Assembly (NCBI GenBank): GCA_000091165.1 | Contig: FP565575.1 | Location: forward strand, 60,001-92,000 | From: Candidatus Methylomirabilis oxygeniifera | GTDB lineage: Bacteria > Methylomirabilota > Methylomirabilia > Methylomirabilales > Methylomirabilaceae | Direction of reading: 5' to 3' | Length of the DNA: 32,000 nucleotides | Part shown: piece after piece, positions 26,489 through 32,000 of the stretch | Layout: the number at the start of each line of letters is the position of its first letter | Numbering within the stretch: the stretch's first letter is position 1 | Translations under genes and position numbers: made by a program | Notes under the pieces: model-generated | Databases searched by the model: none | What the model was told of the DNA's origin: nothing | The model's input: only the letters and a program-made list of their open reading frames with translations

Positions 26489-27899
26489 AATCCTGATCAT
26501 TGACGACGAGGTCGTATTTGCTCGTTCCGTGGCGCACACCCTCGGCAGACATGGCTACGAGTGCAGAAGTCTTTCGAGCGCCGAGGAGGGGATCGCATCC
26601 CTTGAGGAGGAGCGGCCCGATCTGATCCTGCTGGACATCAGGCTGGCCGGCATGAGTGGGCTGGAGGCGCTGAGGAGGATCGTGAACCTCGACGGAAGCA
26701 TCGTCGTCATCATTATGACCGCCTATAGCAGTGTCGAGAGCGCCGTAGCCGCCATGAAGGATGGCGCATACGACTATATCCAGAAGCCGATCGATCACGA
26801 TGAGCTCACCTTTGTGATCGAAAAGGCGCTGGAGACCCGTCGCCTGAAGGAACGTCTCTCGTACTTTCAACGTAAAGAGATTCAGCAGGCCCACCAGTGC
26901 GAGATCATCGGTGTCTCCCCAAAGATGAAGCAGGCCATCGAGTTGATCGAGCGGATCGCACAGTTCGAGCCTAGGCCTGCGGGCGAGCTGCCCACAGTAC
27001 TCCTACTGGGAGAGACCGGGACAGGAAAGGATCTTGCGGCGCGGGCAATTCATCGTCGAGGCAGCCTCGCCGGACAGCCGTTCGTCGAGATTGACTGTAC
27101 ATCGATTCCGAAGGATCTCGCAGAGGCGGAGCTGTTCGGGTACGAGAAGGGCGCCTTCACGGGTGCCGCGGTTGCGAAGCCAGGTTTGATCGAGGCGGCG
27201 GACGGCGGGACGCTCTTTCTGGACGAGATCGGGGAACTGAGCCTGGATCTTCAGTCGAAACTGCTGAAGGCGATCGAACGAAGGCAGGTCCGACGGCTGG
27301 GGAGTCTCAGAGAGCGGAAGATCAATGTCCGCATCATTGCGGCTACCAACCGCAACCTCGAGGCGGAAGTCGGGACCGGCGCATTTCGCCAGGATCTGTA
27401 CTACCGTCTGAAAGTTCTTACCGTGAAGTTGCCGCCTTTGCGGGAACGCGATGATGACGTGATCCTGTTGGCCAACTACTTTCTGGAGCGACTGACCCAC
27501 AAGTATTCGCTCTGCGCAAGGCGATTTTCAGGTTCCGCCCTCCAAGCTCTTAGAAAGTACCGCTGGCCCGGCAATGTTCGCGAACTGGCGCACGTGGTCG
27601 AGCGGGTGCTTTTGGTCTGCGATGAAGAAGAGATTGGTCCCTCGGCTCTTGGTCTCGATACCTCCTTCCCTGTTATTGCGAGTCGAAGACAAAACAGTCC
27701 TGCCGGCGCCGATGAGGCGCTGGAGATACAGTTTCCCGAGCGGGGTATCGATCTGGAGGAGATCGAGCAACAATTAATCAGGCGAGCGCTTGATCTGACA
27801 GATGGCAATGTCACGGAAGCCGCCCGAAAACTGCACATCGGCCGCGAGGCGCTCCGCTATCGCATCCAGAAGTACGGGATCATTCGTCCTGTCTCGTGA
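26481..27899 (+). CDS. sigma54-dependent (NtrC-family) response regulator / enhancer-binding protein
   Basis: REC domain (ILIIDDE...LILLDIRL). The AAA+ domain has GETGTGKD, GAFTGA (EKGAFTGA) and LFLDEIGEL. The C-terminal Fis-type HTH is GNVTEAARKLHIGREALRYRIQKYGI. ATG 26481 overlaps the kinase stop by 8 nt. Confidence 0.92.
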   Translation: MARILIIDDEVVFARSVAHTLGRHGYECRSLSSAEEGIASLEEERPDLILLDIRLAGMSGLEALRRIVNLDGSIVVIIMTAYSSVESAVAAMKDGAYDYIQKPIDHDELTFVIEKALETRRLKERLSYFQRKEIQQAHQCEIIGVSPKMKQAIELIERIAQFEPRPAGELPTVLLLGETGTGKDLAARAIHRRGSLAGQPFVEIDCTSIPKDLAEAELFGYEKGAFTGAAVAKPGLIEAADGGTLFLDEIGELSLDLQSKLLKAIERRQVRRLGSLRERKINVRIIAATNRNLEAEVGTGAFRQDLYYRLKVLTVKLPPLRERDDDVILLANYFLERLTHKYSLCARRFSGSALQALRKYRWPGNVRELAHVVERVLLVCDEEEIGPSALGLDTSFPVIASRRQNSPAGADEALEIQFPERGIDLEEIEQQLIRRALDLTDGNVTEAARKLHIGREALRYRIQKYGIIRPVS

Positions 27900-27931
27900 G
27901 TCGAGCGAAGCAAGACAGCCTGCAATTGGTC

Positions 27932-27962
27932 GGTTGAAATCAACCACCGGTTGAATTCAACC
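27932..27962. promoter_or_regulatory. two tandem 14-bp palindromes (GGTTGAAATCAACC and GGTTGAATTCAACC), a candidate enhancer (UAS) for a sigma54 activator
   Basis: Read directly at 27932-27945 and 27949-27962. Centres are 17 bp apart, about 90-120 bp upstream of the sigma54 element at 28050, starting 33 nt after the activator gene stop. Confidence 0.55.
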
Positions 27963-28049
27963 AGCTCCCGTTACTCAGAATTTGCTTGCAGCATCAGACT
28001 CACCCCCGTCATTTCAAGCGCTTAGCCGTTTCGTGGTTCTACAGCTACC

Positions 28050-28065
28050 CGGCACGCCCATTGCT
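28050..28065 (+). promoter_or_regulatory. sigma54 (-24/-12) promoter cGGCACG-ccca-TTGCT upstream of the second TonB-dependent receptor
   Basis: Near-perfect match to TGGCACG-N4-TTGCW with exact spacing, 70 nt upstream of ATG 28135. An IHF-core-like TTTCAAGCGCTTA (28012-28024) lies between it and the palindromes. Confidence 0.7.
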
Positions 28066-28134
28066 AGGCACGAGTAGCGCAGTTCCGAGTGGAGGGGTAC
28101 ACAACGTGCTGCTTGGACCCAGAGGAGATAGCCA

Positions 28135-30372
28135 ATGGCGTGGAATCGGGGGAAGGCTGCTTACGTGCTGGTCGGATTAATTGTCGGCCTTGGTGTTCCA
28201 CATTCACATGCCCAGGAGACTGGAGCGCCGCCGGACATCGTCCCGCTTCCGGAGATTCTGGTGACGGCGCCATCTCGTCTGCCCGATATTCCTCTTTCGC
28301 CGGCTGAGATCCCCGCCTCCGTTCAGGTGATTACGGGGGAGGAGATCGCCCGCTCAGAGGCGCTGACGCTTCAGGATGTCATGAAGCAGTTGCCCGGCGT
28401 ACACCTCAATGACCAACAGGGCAACTCCTATCAGTTCGACATGTCCTTCCGCGGTTTCACCGGGAGCCCCGTGACCGGCATCCCCCAGGGGATCAGCGTC
28501 TTTGTGGACGGGGTTCGGGTAAATGAACCTGCCGTGGAAGAGATCAACTTCGACCTGCTGCCGCTTGACCAGGTGGAGCGGATTGAACTGATCCGCGGCC
28601 CTTCTGCCATCTTTGGGAGGAACACGCTGGCCGGCTCTCTGAACATCATCACGAAGCGGGGCGGTCCGGAACGGCGAGTTGAGTTGGAGATGGAAGGGGG
28701 TAGTTTCGGCCGTCGGAAGGGCGGAGGCTCCATGAGTGGCACCGTCGGAGCGCTCGACTACTACGTGGCCGGAAGTCAGTTCGATGAGACCGGCTGGCGG
28801 GAGCAATCCGACAGCCGTCTGGCCCAGGCGTTTGCGAAGCTCGGTTTCCGTCAGGACGGGACCGACATCAGTGTCTCTTACCAGTTTCAGAATAACAGGA
28901 TCTTACAGGCCGGAACCTTACCGGAAAGCGTCCTGATGAAGGATCGGGCCCAAAACTTCACCGGGGGAGATTTTTTCAATCCGAATCTCCATCAGGCGAT
29001 CCTGAACGCTCACCAGCGCTTGGGCGGCGGTTTCTCCCTGGCCCTGAACGGCTACGTCAGGAGTTTCGAAACCGAGCAGTACAACGTCAGCCTGATCAGT
29101 GAAAACACCCGTCTGTTCAACGATACCATGTCGGGGGGTGGAACGCTCCAACTGGTTCACGAGGGGCGCTTCTGGGGGCGTAAGAACCTGCTGACTGCAG
29201 GGATCGAATATAACCGCTACGATGTCGATATCCGGGTCTCCGAGGAGCATAATGAACGGAGTCTCAAGAAATGTACCGACGCGGCGATTGCCGCAGGGGA
29301 AGATCCGGTCGAGGCATGTCCTCGTTCTTCACTTGAGGACGTCCTCATTGATAAGCAGGATACTGTCGGAGCCTACATTCAGGACACGGCCGAACTGGGG
29401 CGAGGTCTTCTTGTGCTGGGCGATAGCCTCCATCTGACGGGAGCCGCCAGGTTCGACTTTGTGCAGCACAAGATTACAGATCGGAGTCCGGAGGATCCGG
29501 GTGAAGCATCAGGGAAGGCGTCCTATCGACGAGTACTCCCACGGGCGGGGATCAATTATAACCTCTCTGATAACCACGGGCTCTACTTCTCCTACTCACA
29601 AGGATTTCGGACGCCCGCCTTTCTGGAACTGACCTGCGCCGACCCTGAGTCGCCTTGCGTGGGTCTGCAAGCCGGCGTGGCGCCGGACACCGGCTTCAGG
29701 AAGCTCAGCCCTGTCAGAGTCCACAACTACGAATTGGGTTTCAGGACTCGTCCCGTGTCATGGTTAGAGGGAAACTTCTCCCTCTACCGGACCGATGTCC
29801 GGGATGACATCTTCTCTGTTTCTGATTCGGGCGAGCTCACTGTCTTTTTCCAGAACATCGGCAATACCCGACGGCAGGGGCTCGAAGTCGGCCTGCGCGG
29901 GATCTATCAGAACCTTGTGGAGACCTACGTCAATTATACGTTGACCCGCGCGACGTTTCGGGATGAAGTCGAACTGGCCTCTCCCAGGACGCCTGGTATT
30001 ACCCAGCACGTAAAAGCAGGGGATACCATTCCCTCGACCCCGAACCATCGGGTGAATGCGGGCATTCGTTACCATCTGTATAAGTGGCTGGCGCTTTCCC
30101 TCGACTTGCACTATGTCGGTTCGCAGTACCTGCGCGGCGACGAAGCGAATACTCAGTCGAAATTGAACTCGTACGTCGTCATAAACGCTGGAATCGACTT
30201 GCACTGGAAGCACCTCAAAGGCTTTGTGAAGATCAACAATTTGGGGAACAACAAGTATGAGACTTTTGGGACCTTTGCGCCTAACGCCAAGGTTGCCGGA
30301 GACCCAATCGAACGCTTCCTGAACCCCGCCCAACCGATCAATGTGTTAGTCGGCGCCAGTTACCGATTCTAG
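28135..30372 (+). CDS. TonB-dependent outer-membrane receptor (second copy, different subfamily)
   Basis: Signal peptide ending HSHAQE, TonB-box-like EILVTAP, and plug motifs VQVITGEEI, DVMKQLPGV, SFRGF, VFVDGVRVNE and IELIRGPSA. The barrel ends ...GASYRF. The RBS is GAGGAG. Confidence 0.9.
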   Translation: MAWNRGKAAYVLVGLIVGLGVPHSHAQETGAPPDIVPLPEILVTAPSRLPDIPLSPAEIPASVQVITGEEIARSEALTLQDVMKQLPGVHLNDQQGNSYQFDMSFRGFTGSPVTGIPQGISVFVDGVRVNEPAVEEINFDLLPLDQVERIELIRGPSAIFGRNTLAGSLNIITKRGGPERRVELEMEGGSFGRRKGGGSMSGTVGALDYYVAGSQFDETGWREQSDSRLAQAFAKLGFRQDGTDISVSYQFQNNRILQAGTLPESVLMKDRAQNFTGGDFFNPNLHQAILNAHQRLGGGFSLALNGYVRSFETEQYNVSLISENTRLFNDTMSGGGTLQLVHEGRFWGRKNLLTAGIEYNRYDVDIRVSEEHNERSLKKCTDAAIAAGEDPVEACPRSSLEDVLIDKQDTVGAYIQDTAELGRGLLVLGDSLHLTGAARFDFVQHKITDRSPEDPGEASGKASYRRVLPRAGINYNLSDNHGLYFSYSQGFRTPAFLELTCADPESPCVGLQAGVAPDTGFRKLSPVRVHNYELGFRTRPVSWLEGNFSLYRTDVRDDIFSVSDSGELTVFFQNIGNTRRQGLEVGLRGIYQNLVETYVNYTLTRATFRDEVELASPRTPGITQHVKAGDTIPSTPNHRVNAGIRYHLYKWLALSLDLHYVGSQYLRGDEANTQSKLNSYVVINAGIDLHWKHLKGFVKINNLGNNKYETFGTFAPNAKVAGDPIERFLNPAQPINVLVGASYRF

Positions 30373-30646
30373 ACGTGTAGGTATCCTTGATCTGCTCATC
30401 ACATTGCGGAAAAAATAGTGTGCAGCAGTTAGGCCTTTCGACTGAAGACTGAAGGAGAACCACCTAACAGCCTTCAGCCTATCGACCTTCTGCCTTCTGT
30501 GGGGGCGGCGCACGGTATCGGTGGTGGGGGCTGTTACGTGAGGTGGGTGTAATTTCACACACACCGACGTGCCTCTGATGGTTTCCCGGCATCGAATCGG
30601 CCGCAAATGCTTGAATAACCAGACGATTGGCAGATTGGGCAGCGGC

Positions 30647-30662
30647 TGGAATAGTCCTTGCA
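30647..30662 (+). promoter_or_regulatory. weaker sigma54-like element TGGAAT-agtcc-TTGCA upstream of the second kinase gene
   Basis: The GG to GC spacing is correct and the -12 box is perfect, but the -24 box matches only TGG. It lies 95 nt upstream of ATG 30757. Confidence 0.35.
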
Positions 30663-30688
30663 CACCTTACCACCTGTTTCACGCTCAT

Positions 30689-30743
30689 CCCCGCTCCCCC
30701 CAGCGGCTTGAGTCCTGGCACTTAGGCGCGAAGGGGAGCGGGG
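30689..30743 (+). other. 11-bp GC-rich inverted repeat (CCCCGCTCCCC ... GGGGAGCGGGG) forming a long stem 14 nt upstream of the kinase start codon
   Basis: Read directly: arms at 30689-30699 and 30733-30743 with a 33-nt loop. The 3' arm contains the only purine-rich SD-like stretch (AGGGGAG). Confidence 0.35.
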
Positions 30744-30756
30744 ACCCTCACCACTC

Positions 30757-32000
30757 ATGCAGATCAGACGGAAGATCGAACTCGCCTTTGGCGTGATTCT
30801 ATGCCTGCTGCTTCTCACCGCAGGGCAAGGATTGTGGATGTTCATCCACACAAAATCCGCGCTTGGCGAATTGCGTCAGGCGTTTTCTGATGTTCTGCTC
30901 CTTGATGATCTGAAGGTGTTGATCTACCGACAGGCGAAAGAGATCCCGGACTACCTGACCGGACACGATCCCGATGCCAAAGAGGAATTTCGGAGTTATG
31001 CGGCGCAGATTGCGATGCGATTTCACGAGAGCGACAGGTTAGCCGGTACGCCCGTACAGGCGCGCTACCTTGGGGATCTCCGGCGGGCCTACGCCGCGCA
31101 TGCCCGTTTAGCGGATCGCATCTTCCGAGCCTATGACAGCAAACAGTACCGACGCGCCCTTGGCCTGATGGAGCATGATGTGGAGAACATTGCGCTCCCC
31201 GCGCTCGATCAGGCCGTCGCGTCCCTTCATCGGGCGCTGTATGCCTCGTCCTTCGAGCGTGTTATGGCGCAGGCTCAGTCGTTCGAACGAACGGCCCAGA
31301 TGGTGAGTCTCCTCGCCGTACTGACCACCTTTGGGGCCGGGCTCTTGATCTTCCTATGGCTGTCCCGCGGATTGGTCCGTCCGATCAATGCGCTGGTGGA
31401 GGCGACCCGTGAAGTCGGACAGGGGAATCTCGACATCCAAGGCCTGCCGGTCTCACGTGACGAGATTGGCGAGCTCGCGTCTGCATTCTCAGGTATGGTG
31501 CAGCGGATCAAGCATTTTCAAACCCAAATCGTCGAGACCGAACAGATGGCGTCCATCGGCGCCACGGCGGTCGCGGTGGCCCATGGGCTGCGGAACCCCC
31601 TTGCAAGCGTTCGAGCCTTGGCACAAGTCGCTCTTGTTGAGCATGAATCGTTCCCGGCTGTCAATGAGAGCCTTCACGAGATCATTGCTGAGGTCGATCG
31701 GCTGAATGCGCGCATCAGCCATCTGCTGACCTTTGCGGTCCCTGCCCGGTTGCACCCCGTGTCGGCAGATCTCAATGACGTGATTGAGCGCGTCGTCGCC
31801 GATTTCCAGCAGATCAAGCCGCAGCAGGTCGTCTTCGCCCTCCACCTTGACCCCGGATTGCCTTCCGTGCAACTCGATACGGTGCACATGAAGGAGGTGC
31901 TTCGAGAAATCGTCCTGAACGCCCTTGAGGCGATGCCGGACGGCGGCGACGTCCGCGTGGCAACGAAAAGGGGTGAGGGGCCGGAGGGGCGGCCCATACT
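30757..32000 (+). CDS. sensor histidine kinase, paralogue of the 25010-26488 kinase (3'-truncated by the window edge)
   Basis: Not in the ORF track because it has no stop in the window. My translation is MQIRRKIELAFGVILCLLLLTAGQGLWMF... It has a second TM MVSLLAVLTTFGAGLLIFLWL, HAMP RPINALVEATREVGQGNLD...DEIGELASAFSGM, H-box AHGLRNPLASV, and the start of the ATPase domain (LREIVLNALEAM). Confidence 0.85.
   Translation, partial: MQIRRKIELAFGVILCLLLLTAGQGLWMFIHTKSALGELRQAFSDVLLLDDLKVLIYRQAKEIPDYLTGHDPDAKEEFRSYAAQIAMRFHESDRLAGTPVQARYLGDLRRAYAAHARLADRIFRAYDSKQYRRALGLMEHDVENIALPALDQAVASLHRALYASSFERVMAQAQSFERTAQMVSLLAVLTTFGAGLLIFLWLSRGLVRPINALVEATREVGQGNLDIQGLPVSRDEIGELASAFSGMVQRIKHFQTQIVETEQMASIGATAVAVAHGLRNPLASVRALAQVALVEHESFPAVNESLHEIIAEVDRLNARISHLLTFAVPARLHPVSADLNDVIERVVADFQQIKPQQVVFALHLDPGLPSVQLDTVHMKEVLREIVLNALEAMPDGGDVRVATKRGEGPEGRPI

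Noticed and set aside
30714-30731. Another TGGCAC (30715-30720) just upstream of kinase 2 as a sigma54 promoter.
   Set aside because: The downstream sequence (TTAGGCGCGA) places a GC dinucleotide one position off the required spacing and has no TTGC. It also lies inside the loop of the 11-bp stem.
30346-30796. ORFs in the receptor 2 to kinase 2 spacer (30346-30663 minus, 30569-30796 plus, 30479-30721 minus).
   Set aside because: They overlap one another and the flanking gene ends. They have no RBS, and their translations are low-complexity and Arg/Pro/His-rich with no motifs. I treat the region as non-coding.
1-32000. CRISPR arrays, tRNA/rRNA genes, transposases, integrases or terminal inverted repeats bounding the accessory island.
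   Set aside because: By eye I found no regularly spaced direct repeats, no tRNA-like T-loop (GGTTCGAATCC-type) in the intergenic regions, no recombinase-like ORF, and no direct repeats shared between 4247-4330 and 9287-9472. A tRNAscan, ISfinder or repeat-finder run would be needed to be definitive.

Overview
Moderately GC-rich chromosomal window from a diderm (Gram-negative-type) bacterium. All called genes are on the + strand except one. I cannot assign a taxon from sequence alone. Core genes: the 3' part of hslU, the arginine genes argB-argD-argF and argG-argH, a lipoprotein with three FN3 domains, selB, tatA, a UDP-glucose 6-dehydrogenase, and pntAA-pntAB-pntB. Two regions stand out. (1) The arg cluster is split between argF and argG by about 5.2 kb of mosaic accessory DNA that is partly A/T-richer. 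It holds a DUF433/DUF5615-type toxin-antitoxin pair, a 372-aa PIN-like (DUF4935-like) protein ATGA-coupled to a decayed RelE/ParE-type module, an AAA+ ATPase with a DUF4143/PD-(D/E)xK tail behind a possibly leaderless promoter, radC, and an orphan MNT-type nucleotidyltransferase on the minus strand. (2) The right third (about 19.9-32 kb) holds a translationally coupled ATP-grasp ligase plus fold-type-III PLP decarboxylase pair. This is followed by two tandem cassettes, each a TonB-dependent receptor and then a HAMP histidine kinase. The first cassette also carries an NtrC-type sigma54 activator; the second runs off the window. I can read three sigma54 -24/-12 promoter-like elements with correct spacing, and a pair of near-perfect 14-bp palindromes in enhancer position upstream of the second receptor. 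This sigma54-wired uptake locus and the PIN-like orphan are my best candidates for something not yet described. I recognised no rRNA, tRNA, CRISPR array or transposase.
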